The notes beneath the pieces are model-generated. The model searched no databases, was not told where the DNA came from, and worked only from the letters and a program-made list of their open reading frames with translations. Shown here in pieces: positions 42,615-52,137 of a DNA stretch of 64,000 bases (position 1 is the stretch's first letter; every line of letters begins with the position of its first letter). The translations under genes were made by a program, and so were the position numbers. Source of the DNA: Candidatus Bathyarchaeota archaeon (GTDB lineage: Archaea > Thermoproteota > Bathyarchaeia > Bathyarchaeales > Bathycorpusculaceae); NCBI GenBank assembly GCA_963806535.1, contig CAWDYC010000003.1, positions 64,001 through 128,000 of the forward strand, written 5' to 3'.

Positions 42615-42698
42615 TTAAGAAAAATAACGATAAAAGTAGTAGTCGAAGCTAAGTAATTGTGCTGCGTTGCTTTCTTTGTTTAGTATGAAATTGGACAT
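42615..42698 (-). CDS. putative aromatic operon leader peptide MSNFILNKESNAAQLLSFDYYFYRYFS
   Basis: 27-aa ORF between the promoter and lysC; 7 of the last 10 codons are Phe/Tyr; stop is 57 nt upstream of lysC. Confidence 0.8.
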   Translation of the reverse strand: MSNFILNKESNAAQLLSFDYYFYRYFS

Positions 42699-42736
42699 TG
42701 GAGCTTCGAATCCTTGCTGATTGAGACGTTATCCAG

Positions 42737-42753
42737 AAAATATAAGCATTTCG
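42737..42753 (-). promoter_or_regulatory. putative BRE/TATA promoter of the aromatic operon
   Basis: Minus strand CGAAATGCTTATATTTT, about 40 bp upstream of the leader ATG. Confidence 0.6.
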
Positions 42754-42768
42754 GATTTAGACTACAGT

Positions 42769-43691
42769 TGTTCTATCTAGAAATTCGGTAACACTTTCTC
42801 TATATGTTGGAGAGAGTGCGAGGATTTGGAGCGGGATTGGGAGAAGCTTAGAAAATGGATTATTAGACGGCGGTTAGAAGGCACAGCTGTTTGCTCGATA
42901 TGTACTCAAGCGAAGATAAGCCGGAAAGTATTCTATTTTTGGTGGAACCGATATCAAGCAGAAGGGTGGGGTGGTCTTCAGGAGAAACAGAAAGGCCGTC
43001 CATGTGGACCAAAACTTGACGAGACCTTAAGGAAAAAAGTTGTAAAGTTAAGGGAACGATACGAGTGGGGTCCAAACAAAATAGCGGGACATCTTTGCCA
43101 TTTAGGCTTCACCATTGACCATAACCAAGCTTACCATATCATCTGTGAAGCAGGTTTGAATCGTCCCATAATCGAGCCCAGAAAGACATGGGGAACAAAA
43201 CGTTTCCAACGAGAACATAACAACAGTCTTTGGCAAGCAGACTTCAAGCTCTGTAATGATGATTGGTGGATGATAAGTTACCAGGATGATCATTCAAGAT
43301 TCATCACTGGATCAATTAAAATTTGGAGCCCTACCGGTGAGAATGCTATGTTGCTGCTGGACAGAGCTGTTAAACGGTATGGAACTCCAAAGCAGATTCT
43401 GACGGATCAGGGAACTCAGTTTAAACCTGCAAGGGGAGAAGTATCAGCATTTGACATTCGCTGTAATGAACTTGGAATTGAGCATATCACTGCAAGTGTT
43501 CGCAGGCCTACTACCTGTGGCAAAATTGAAGCTTTCCATAAAGCGTACGAGCTGGAATCTCATCTCTTCAAGGAGCATTGGAGTTTCATACGCTACTACA
43601 ACTATACAAGGCCACACGAAGGAATAAACGATTTAACGCCAGCAGAAATATACCTCAAAGACCAAGTGTTACCCATTTTCTAGATAGAACA
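42769..43691 (+). mobile_element. IS481-family insertion sequence, 923 bp
   Basis: 28-bp terminal IRs (42769-42796 / 43664-43691, 2 mismatches, TGT..ACA ends); identical 15-bp flanking direct repeats GATTTAGACTACAGT (42754-42768 / 43692-43706). Confidence 0.95.
42826..43683 (+). CDS. IS481-family DDE transposase
   Basis: HTH, then WQADFK, DDHSRF, TDQGTQF, GKIEAFH and YNYTRPH. Confidence 0.95.
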   Translation: MERDWEKLRKWIIRRRLEGTAVCSICTQAKISRKVFYFWWNRYQAEGWGGLQEKQKGRPCGPKLDETLRKKVVKLRERYEWGPNKIAGHLCHLGFTIDHNQAYHIICEAGLNRPIIEPRKTWGTKRFQREHNNSLWQADFKLCNDDWWMISYQDDHSRFITGSIKIWSPTGENAMLLLDRAVKRYGTPKQILTDQGTQFKPARGEVSAFDIRCNELGIEHITASVRRPTTCGKIEAFHKAYELESHLFKEHWSFIRYYNYTRPHEGINDLTPAEIYLKDQVLPIF

Positions 43692-43786
43692 GATTTAGAC
43701 TACAGTTTAACCGCTAATTAAGCGATTCGCTCAGGTATAGTCTTTATCAATTCGACCGTGCATAAGAAAATGAGGACTAAATTCGA

Positions 43787-44617
43787 ATGAATTCTCAAAA
43801 CAGCTGGCAAGAAATCCTAATGCAATGCAAAAACAAAGTACAAACTTGCATTCGGCCATGTCTCAAGACCATCAGGGAACCCCAACCTAATTTGGGTATG
43901 GGTGCTGGTGGTGACGCTACGAAACCTGTGGATTTGGCGGCTGAAATGGCAATCGTGGAAACTTTAAAAGAGAATGGTGTTTCCTATACCTTGATTAGTG
44001 AGGAGTCGGGGGTAAAAAAATTCGGCGCAGAAGCCGAAAGTTGCTTTATTACTGTTGACCCGATAGATGGAAGCACTAACTTCATGCATGGATTGCCTTT
44101 TTATGCCTGTTCAATCGCAGTCTCTAGAAAACGAACCCTAAACGACGTCTATGCCGGGCTAGTTGCTGATCTTGCCCATGACGTAACCTACACGGCTTAT
44201 GAAGGCAAAGGTGCGTATCGAGACGGCAAAAAAATAGAAACTTCAAAAACCGCTGCTTTAGAGGAAGCAGTCGTAGGTTTGGACTTAAACACGTACAAAG
44301 TAAAGGAAGTTGCGCCTAAACTAACCGATTTAATCGCGAAAACAAGGAATATCAGACATTTTGGTGCCAACGCGGTTGAATTATGTTACGTAGCAAATGG
44401 CTTAACAGATGCATTTGTTGATATTCGCGGGAAACTGCGCACGACAGACGTAGCCGCTGGGTTCTTAATCCTCAAAGAAGCTGGCGGAGTAGTAACTAAG
44501 CCGGACAATCAAGAGTTAAACGCTGAATTGGATCCCAAGCAAACCATCAGCTTTGTAGCCTCTGGCAACTTGGAAATTCACAAAAAAATCATAAGCTTGG
44601 TAAAATCTACATGCTAA
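43787..44617 (+). CDS. suhB: inositol monophosphatase / FBPase class IV
   Basis: ISEESG, VDPIDGSTN and DVAAG. Confidence 0.9.
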   Translation: MNSQNSWQEILMQCKNKVQTCIRPCLKTIREPQPNLGMGAGGDATKPVDLAAEMAIVETLKENGVSYTLISEESGVKKFGAEAESCFITVDPIDGSTNFMHGLPFYACSIAVSRKRTLNDVYAGLVADLAHDVTYTAYEGKGAYRDGKKIETSKTAALEEAVVGLDLNTYKVKEVAPKLTDLIAKTRNIRHFGANAVELCYVANGLTDAFVDIRGKLRTTDVAAGFLILKEAGGVVTKPDNQELNAELDPKQTISFVASGNLEIHKKIISLVKSTC

Positions 44618-45453
44618 AATTGTTATGGCCAAATCCTGCAGCACTCGTAAAGTCGGAAAAAACTAAAACTCTTCTTATTGCTGACCCTCACCTCGGCTGG
44701 GAAACATCCCTTCAAGAAAAAGGCATCCATGTTCCAAGTCAAACGGAAAAAATTCTCAATAAATTAAAAGCAATAATTTCCAAATATCAGCCACAAGAAC
44801 TTGTTATTCTTGGCGACGTTAAATACACGGTCATTTCGAGCGAGCTGGGAGAGTGGCATGATGTTCCCGATTTTTTTGTTAAATTACAGGAATATGTTAG
44901 ATCCATTGCTATTGTAAGGGGAAACCATGATGCAAACATTGAGCCTCTGCTACCAGAAAACATCGAGCTTTTGCCTGCAACTGGAGCAATAATTGGTGAT
45001 ATCGGTGTTTTTCACGGGCATAAGTGGCCTTCGCCGGCTTTGTTGAAATGCAAAACTCTGGTTATGGGACATCTGCATCCAGTTGTCGTTTTCCGCGATC
45101 CAGCAGGATTTAAAATCACAAGACAAGTTTGGATGAAAGCAAACTGTAACACTGAAGCTTTCGGGAAGATTTTGTTGCAAAAACACAACATAAAAGTTAA
45201 AGGCACGGTTGCAAAAACACTGAAAGAACATTATGATGTTAGCCTTAAAGCTAAGGAAATTTTTATTATGCCTAGCTTTAACGATTTTCTAGGCGGCAGA
45301 CCAGTAAACGAAACAAGACCCAGAAAAGAAATCAACGCAGAATCGTTGATTGGACCGGTACTGCGTTCGGAAGCGGTGGATGTAGATAATTCTGAGCTTT
45401 TTCTTTTGGACGGAACTTATCTGGGTACTTTAAACCAATTGAGAACTTTATGA
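44611..45453 (+). CDS. metallophosphoesterase (calcineurin-like)
   Basis: ADPHLG, LGDVK, RGNHD, FHGH and GHLHP. Confidence 0.9.
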   Translation: MLKLLWPNPAALVKSEKTKTLLIADPHLGWETSLQEKGIHVPSQTEKILNKLKAIISKYQPQELVILGDVKYTVISSELGEWHDVPDFFVKLQEYVRSIAIVRGNHDANIEPLLPENIELLPATGAIIGDIGVFHGHKWPSPALLKCKTLVMGHLHPVVVFRDPAGFKITRQVWMKANCNTEAFGKILLQKHNIKVKGTVAKTLKEHYDVSLKAKEIFIMPSFNDFLGGRPVNETRPRKEINAESLIGPVLRSEAVDVDNSELFLLDGTYLGTLNQLRTL

Positions 45454-45531
45454 CTAAATTGAGTTTAGTGGTTAACTCTTATATTTGTGGCATGTTATAT
45501 GCATGATATAGTTTGAGGGAGGAAAAATAAA

Positions 45532-45687
45532 GTGAAACTAGTTACAGTATTATTACCGGAAGCTTATCTGGAAGGTTTAGATGAATTAGTTCGTGCAAAC
45601 ATGTACCCAAGCAGAAGCAGCGTAATTCGCTCTTCAGTGAGAGATTTGTTAAAGAAAGAACTTTGGGAAAACAAACGCAACCGTTAG
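45532..45687 (+). CDS. CopG/RHH regulator of the CdrS/aCcr1 type (51 aa, missed by ORF track)
   Basis: GGAGG SD; MKLVTVLLPEAYLEGLDELVRANMYPSRSSVIRSSVRDLLKKELWENKRNR*. Confidence 0.85.
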   Translation: MKLVTVLLPEAYLEGLDELVRANMYPSRSSVIRSSVRDLLKKELWENKRNR

Positions 45688-45695
45688 AAAAAAGC

Positions 45696-46463
45696 CTAAA
45701 AACTTTTCGCCGAAGCGCAGAGCCGACCAGCCTCTTTAGCGGGATCATCCGCCATCGTGATTTCTCGCCCCACAATAAGATAGTTAGCACCTGCCTTAAT
45801 TGCGGTGCCAACGGCTCCACCTTGAGCGCCAACACCGGGCGAATATATTGGGATTTCTTGACCAAGAATCTGTTTTATTTCCTTAATCTTTTCAGGGTAA
45901 GTCGCACCAACAACAACGCCAGCTGCACCCCATTTTAAGGCTTTTTTGGCAAAAGAAATATACTGTAATATTTTTTCGCCTGTTTCCGAGTCAATAATTG
46001 TTTGCCCGTAACCCTCACTTGCGCCTTTATGGCTCATGTAACAGAGAAGTATCACACCACGATTAAGCTTTTGAGACACTTCAAAAAGCGATTTCATCCC
46101 TTCATTCCATCCGACAAATGGGTTTGCGATTATAGAATCAAAACCTGCAGAATAATAGTATTCAGCTATTACCTGGTTGGTAGCGCCAATGTCGTTTACT
46201 TTAGCATCCATAATTGAAACCAGTCCTTGACTACGAATTTGGTCCACAAGTTGCTGAACGCCGTCAAATGTGCCTAGCGGAAGAACAAGATGATGATTTA
46301 TTTTTACCGCACAGATATAGGGCTCAACTTCTTTGAGAATTTTCTGTGCTTTCAATAACAGTTTCTTTCGATACTCAGGAGCTTGATACGGAAAATCCAA
46401 AGCCAAAATAATTTTGGAACATTTGCTGTTTGCTGCTTCCTGCATTTTTGCTTTAAACGACAC
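45696..46463 (-). CDS. pyrF: orotidine-5'-phosphate decarboxylase
   Basis: ILALD, DAKVNDIGAT, PGVGAQGG and VGR. Confidence 0.95.
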   Translation of the reverse strand: MSFKAKMQEAANSKCSKIILALDFPYQAPEYRKKLLLKAQKILKEVEPYICAVKINHHLVLPLGTFDGVQQLVDQIRSQGLVSIMDAKVNDIGATNQVIAEYYYSAGFDSIIANPFVGWNEGMKSLFEVSQKLNRGVILLCYMSHKGASEGYGQTIIDSETGEKILQYISFAKKALKWGAAGVVVGATYPEKIKEIKQILGQEIPIYSPGVGAQGGAVGTAIKAGANYLIVGREITMADDPAKEAGRLCASAKSF

Positions 46464-46693
46464 TGTTATGCCTTCTTGCTTTATCTTGTTAGGTGCTGAG
46501 CTATTTCATTTTTTCGTCTGCTTCAATCCAGTATAGTTCCCGATTCATATTGAAAAGCGTGTGTCAATTCAGCGATGGAATTCAGTTCAATATGTGTGCT
46601 TAGTGAAGCAAGCAGATTTGCTAAGAGATAGAGATGGTGAAAAATTACTACAACAAAAGAAGATGAAAAAATTCAAAAAATGGAAATTTGCTA

Positions 46694-47381
46694 TTATACA
46701 TTCCAGACATTTGAACTAACAAGTTGCCAAGTAACGGTTAGGTCGTACATCGGGTTGTTGTAAAATTGCTGGTTTATTAATTGAGTGAGCATTCCTGTTT
46801 GCCTATCGAAATAGACATAATCGTATTCAACACGCATTGTATTGCCTGTTGGATCTCTACTATCTTGAAATTCTTCGGCTATGCGCCAAAAGTTTCTGAG
46901 TCTAGGTAGAATCAGCATAGGACTGAGGCTGCGTGTCGTTAACAATTTGTTTATCAAATCCCTTAGGACTAATCAGGTCATTCTTATTCAGATTTGAAGG
47001 ATAAATAGCCCAAAATCCTGATGCATCAGTTCTATTTCCATTCGAAATGTCAATTGTCTGGGGATTTACAAATTGCGTTCCGTTCTGAAGGTCCCAAACT
47101 GTATTAAGCGTAACTCTGGTACCGCTGATCCCTGTTACTGTAACAGTATAATCTTTTGTATCGTTGTATATTGAGAAACCATCTGGAGTTACTGCATCCG
47201 GACTTGTTAAATTTGAGACGCCAGTTAGCTTATATGTGAAAGTGTCGCCAACATGAACACCAACCTTAATGGGTGACCCGGAAAACTGAGTTGCATAAAC
47301 GACTACTGCAGCTGAAACGGCTATTATGACTATTAGAATTATGGCAAAAAAGAGTCTTTTTGAGGAGTTTTTCTTGGGCAT
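46694..47381 (-). CDS. membrane-anchored secreted hypothetical protein (frameshift near 46905)
   Basis: N-terminal TM, GVHVGDTFTY and YFDRQTGML, split over two ORFs. Confidence 0.6.
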
Positions 47382-47555
47382 AACTCTAACATTGCATGGT
47401 TCATCTATTTAGTTGTTTTCCCAAAAACTCAACGAAAAATCAGGCAAGTTTAATTACAGAAAAAGCCATTTTTTCATTACTAAATAAAATATAAAACTCT
47501 TAAAAGGGTAAATTTAAGAGAAAGAACAGTTCATAAGACACTTCGGTGGAAAAAA

Positions 47556-48608
47556 TTGTATTGCCATAAATGTGGGACCCAACTTCCAGAAGATGCAGCC
47601 TTCTGCGTTAAATGCGGAACAAGCACTGGATCAAATTCTCCTTCGCCAACTTCAACTTCTGCAGCTCCAGTAATTGCCGCTTCAGGAGTTTCATCCTTGA
47701 AGTGTCCTAGCTGTGGAGCGCCAATCTCGCCCAAATTTGGAGAGATGGTCATAACCTGCGAATATTGCGGCAATGCAGTAACTCTTGGTGCCGAAGGATG
47801 GACAAATATTCAAAAGCAAACGATGCTTGATTTGAAAGTTGCCACCATTGACCAAGTGAATTCAATAATTACCCCACTTATGGATAGGGGACTTCTACAT
47901 AGACACCTGCATGAGGATTCTACGCAGGAAGAGATGAGCCTAACGTTCGTGCCTTATTGGATAGTAAGCGTTTCAGCCCGAACAAGCATAATCGCTACCG
48001 ATGAAACGGGGCAACTTGCGCAAGCCGCTACAACTGCTGCCTTGATGGGTGTAGTTTTTGGCGGAATGAGTGGAGGTTTCGGAGGACGAGGTGGATTCGG
48101 TAGACGTTCTTTTGAGAAGCAGTTTGCACTTGGCAACCCATTTTCAGGAATTCTAGGGTTGAAGCGGATAAGAATAATGGCTTGGGGAATGGGGATGGGT
48201 ATGGGAGGCGGAATGAAAAAAACCGAGCAGATGGACATGAACTACAATTTCCCTGTAATTGCTCTAAAAGCTCTTACAGATTATCAGCCACGCGATTACC
48301 AATTCAACCTAGAAAGCAGGGAACTGTTCGACATTTCCAAATTACCAAAGGGAGTTAAGATACTTAACGGCGACATCAGCGAAGAAGTAGGAAAATCACA
48401 AGCTAAGACACTTGTGGATCAGCTTCAATCGCAAAAGGCGCATGAGAAATATCATATGATCCAATCGATACACACCGATTCAGATATTGGAGATGTAGAG
48501 CTGCTTCATGTTCCAGTCTGGTTTGCGAAATATGATCATAAGGGTAACAAAATAGTACTTGTCATCGATGCCAACTCTGGTATGGTTATCAATAGTTTCG
48601 GTCTCTAA
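47556..48608 (+). CDS. zinc-ribbon domain protein with Gly/Met-rich insert
   Basis: CHKC..CVKC and CPSC..CEYC; FVPYW and HVPVW motifs. Confidence 0.75.
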   Translation: MYCHKCGTQLPEDAAFCVKCGTSTGSNSPSPTSTSAAPVIAASGVSSLKCPSCGAPISPKFGEMVITCEYCGNAVTLGAEGWTNIQKQTMLDLKVATIDQVNSIITPLMDRGLLHRHLHEDSTQEEMSLTFVPYWIVSVSARTSIIATDETGQLAQAATTAALMGVVFGGMSGGFGGRGGFGRRSFEKQFALGNPFSGILGLKRIRIMAWGMGMGMGGGMKKTEQMDMNYNFPVIALKALTDYQPRDYQFNLESRELFDISKLPKGVKILNGDISEEVGKSQAKTLVDQLQSQKAHEKYHMIQSIHTDSDIGDVELLHVPVWFAKYDHKGNKIVLVIDANSGMVINSFGL

Positions 48609-48662
48609 TCCATTTTTCTAGAAGCATCTTAAAGAGAAATTGTTTTTTTTCCTACAAAAAAG

Positions 48663-48718
48663 TTAGGCATGCCTAAATATTTATTAGGGTCGCCTAAACC
48701 TAATTTAGGTATGCCTAA
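48663..48718. promoter_or_regulatory. three tandem DtxR/IdeR-type operator palindromes
   Basis: TTAGGCATGCCTAA (48663-76), TTAGGGTCGCCTAA (48684-97) and TTAGGTATGCCTAA (48705-18); 21-bp period; they flank the TATA-like TATTTAT and overlap the ATG. Confidence 0.88.
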
Positions 48719-49454
48719 ATTAAAAGCGTCCTCAAGCAACAGCATGCAAGATTATCTAAGAGCAATAGCCTCGCTGTCAAACAACGGCGACCCAGTCAAC
48801 ACAACCGAAATTTCACGATACTTAAGCATCGCACCGGCAAGCGTAACTGAAATGCTTAAAAAAATGTCCCAAAAAGGCTATCTCAGCTACTCTGCATACC
48901 ATGGCACATTTCTTACTCTAAAAGGACAAGCAGAAGCACAGAAAATAACCCGAAAACATAGACTTCTCGAAAGGTTTCTCTCAGATGTGCTTCAAATTAG
49001 AAAAGATCAAGTGCACGCTCAAGCCTGCGAAATGGAACATACATTATCAGATGAAGCAGAAGAATCACTTTGCCGCTTACTAAAACATCCAGACACTTGC
49101 CCCGACGATGGCAAAATAATTCCAGCCTGCGACCTACCATTCAAAACGTGCGAGGAATGCATTTCTCTACATAAGCAAGGGCTAGAAGAAGTTGGAAAAC
49201 GTCATGAGAACCTGCAGTCAATTTGTACCCTCAAATCAGGAGTAAACGCCAAAGTCTCGTTCATCAGAGGCGAGCATAGAACCCTTCAGAGACTTCTAGA
49301 TATGGGCCTAACTCCAGGGACTTCGATAAAAATTGAAAGAGTCGCGCCCCTCAAAGGTCCAATAGAGGTTTGCGTGCGAGGATCAAAAGTAGCTTTGGGA
49401 CAAGATATTGCCGCCAACGTGTTTGTAGAATCAATTCCAAAGAAGGCAGGATAG
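48711..49454 (+). CDS. DtxR/MntR-family metal-dependent repressor with FeoA domain
   Basis: [22 protein letters not shown] and ACEMEH; C-terminal [11 protein letters not shown]. Confidence 0.92.
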   Translation: MPKLKASSSNSMQDYLRAIASLSNNGDPVNTTEISRYLSIAPASVTEMLKKMSQKGYLSYSAYHGTFLTLKGQAEAQKITRKHRLLERFLSDVLQIRKDQVHAQACEMEHTLSDEAEESLCRLLKHPDTCPDDGKIIPACDLPFKTCEECISLHKQGLEEVGKRHENLQSICTLKSGVNAKVSFIRGEHRTLQRLLDMGLTPGTSIKIERVAPLKGPIEVCVRGSKVALGQDIAANVFVESIPKKAG

Positions 49455-49456
49455 GC

Positions 49457-51431
49457 ATGTCATGCCATTCAGATTCTTCTAATCTTAAAAAACCAAAAAA
49501 TAATGGATCACGCTTAACCATAGCTTTAGCGGGAAACGCAAACGTTGGAAAAAGCGTTCTCTTCAATCAACTCACAGGTTCAAGCCAAATAATCGGCAAT
49601 TGGCCAGGCAAAACTGTTGAGAAAGCAGAAGGCACCCTTACATTTGAAGGACAAAAAATTACAGTAATTGACTTGCCCGGCATCTATTCTTTTTCAACAT
49701 TTGGGATGGAAGAACTTGTCTCGAGAGAATACATCGCCACAGAGAACCCTAACGTTGTTGTAAACGTGGTTGACGCGGCCGTTTTGGAGCGCAACCTGTT
49801 TTTTACAATGCAACTTATTGAAATGGATGCGCCGCTGGTTATTTGTCTGAATCAATTAGATGAAGCTAAGAAAAAAGGCATAACAATCAACCTCAAAAAG
49901 CTTGAGCAACTTCTTGGTGTACCCGTCGTTCCTGCTGTAGCCATAAGAGGCGAAGGAATATACGAACTTACCAAAACAGCCGTAAATGTTGCACGAGAGT
50001 GTGGCAATCACAAGGAACATTACCTCCGATACGGCGATGAAATTGAGCAGCGAATAAGCAAACTTGAACAAATAATTCAAAACGCCAATCTGAACCTTAA
50101 TTACCCTTCCCGCTGGGTAGCTATCAAACTACTTGAAAATGACCCTGAAACCAAAAAGTTAGTGGCATTTTCTGAAACTATCAACAAAACCTCTGATGCT
50201 TTGGCAGCTGAAATCTCTGCAATCCATCATGAACCTTCGTTTGCAGTCATTGCAGCAGAACGGTATAGCTTGGCAAGTAAAATTGCGAATGAAGTTCAAC
50301 ATCAAGCCGAAGTGCGAACTACCATTTCTGACAAGGTAGAGTGGCTAACTACTCACAGAGTGTTCGGCTACGTTATATCAGCCGCAGTAATTGCAGGTTT
50401 ATTACTTTGGACATTCGGCATTGGGAACCTGCTATCAGGTTTATTCTCAAACGGCCTCTCGTTTTTTTCACCTGTCAATCCTTCGCTGAGCGGATCAATT
50501 CAAGGTATTCTTTGGAACGGAGTTTGGGGTGGAGTGGTTGCAAGTTTGACGCTGATTATTCCTTTTGTTGTACCCTTTTACTTGATGTTAGCCATGATAG
50601 AGGATTCAGGCATTCTTACTCGTGTGGCTTTCATGATGGATAGTGCCATGCATAAAATTGGTTTACATGGCAAGGCATTGATACCCTTAATTTTGGGGTA
50701 CGGCTGCAATGTACCGGCTATTCGCGCTTGCAGAATTATGGAAACTAAACGCGAACGGCTCCTAGCTGACTTTTGCCATTACATTTGCTCCTTGTGCAGC
50801 GAGAACTATCGTCATTCTTGGCTTGGTAGCTGTTTTCTTGGGTCCTTGGTGGGCGTTATCGCTGTATGTCATTAACATTGCGCTTATTTTCATTCTTGGA
50901 AAAATAGCATTAAAAGTTGTTCCTGGGCAATCCACAGGCTTGATTATGGAGATGAAATCCTTCAAGGTACCTTCTATAAAGGTTGTTGCTAGACAAACTT
51001 GGGCGCGAACCAAATCTTTGATTTACATTGTAGTTCCGCTTTACATCGCTGGAAGCGTCGCAGTCCAAGGCTTATATGCAGTGGGAGTTCTGCAGCAAAT
51101 AAGCAACGCGTTATCACCCGTCACAGTATTTTGGCTTGGGCTTCCGTCAATAGCTGGTGTATTGCTTATACTCGGGTTCGTCCGGAAAGAAATGGTGCTG
51201 CTTGCGGCAGTTGCAATCTTTAGCACAACCAACCTAGCTTTATTCTTCAGCCACACACAACTATTCGTTCTTGCCCTTGTGAACATGATTTACATTCCAT
51301 GTTTGTCCACTGTTGCAATAATCGCGAAAGATTACGGTTGGAAAACCGCTATCATCATGTCAATCGCAAACTTCGCCGTTGCAATATTAGTAGGAGGAAT
51401 AGCATTCCGTCTTCTCTCCCCATTCATGTAA
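49457..51431 (+). CDS. feoB: ferrous iron transporter B (frameshift near 50770)
   Basis: [35 protein letters not shown] and YIPCLST. Confidence 0.93.
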
Positions 51432-51790
51432 TCTCTCACTTGTTTTTGATAAACAAGTAAACGCCAGTGATCCGCGGAATACACGTTAGGTTTTGGTTGT
51501 TTAATGACTTATGTGTTTTGTTTGATAGGCTAAAAGTGTGTTACTTTTTTTCAACATGAGTGAACATGGTTCTATGATCCGGTGGGTCCTCTTGTTTTTT
51601 GTTTTTGGTTTGTTTGGGATTTTTGCCTTTATTATTTTTCATTTGAAAGATAGAGTGTTTGAATCTGTTGGTTTGATTGGGTTTTTGTTTGTTTTATTTT
51701 GTTCAATAAGCGTTTAATTGCTGACAAATCTTTCTTCTTTTAGAATGTGGAAAAAGAGGTAATTTTGAGGATTTCTTTCGAAGGAAAAAA

Positions 51791-52129
51791 TTAAGTGGAC
51801 TCTTCGGAAGCAGCCTTTTCTTTAGCGCCAGAGCCCTTCTTATTTAAGCGAATCGCGAGCTGATGATTTTTTCTAGTTAAAACAATATCTTCTTCGGCAA
51901 TATTTTCGGCAATAACTTCTCCGTTGTATTTCATGCGACTAACGTAGCCAAGTTCTTTTAGTTCATTCATGAGTTGTTCGCGCAGTTTTCTAAGTTGCTC
52001 GCTTGTGGTTTCTGCATCTCTTTTAAAGCAAAATGTAATGGTTTTTTTCTCAGGTTCATAGTTTGCTCGCGTGCCCTTGCCAAGTTTTTCTACGTGGCCC
52101 CACACTACTTTGTCATCTGGTTCTCTCAT
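51791..52129 (-). CDS. hypothetical protein
   Basis: 112-aa ORF starting 8 nt after the aIF2-alpha stop. Confidence 0.55.
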   Translation of the reverse strand: MREPDDKVVWGHVEKLGKGTRANYEPEKKTITFCFKRDAETTSEQLRKLREQLMNELKELGYVSRMKYNGEVIAENIAEEDIVLTRKNHQLAIRLNKKGSGAKEKAASEEST

Positions 52130-52137
52130 GTTTTCGC

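Noticed and set aside
48663-48718. Mini CRISPR array
   Set aside because: The repeats are 14-bp palindromes with 7-bp spacers, match DtxR operators, and no cas genes are present.
51430-51790. T-rich low-complexity spacer as ncRNA or hidden ORF
   Set aside because: No convincing structure, C/D box pair or ORF; compatible with terminator tracts between convergent genes.
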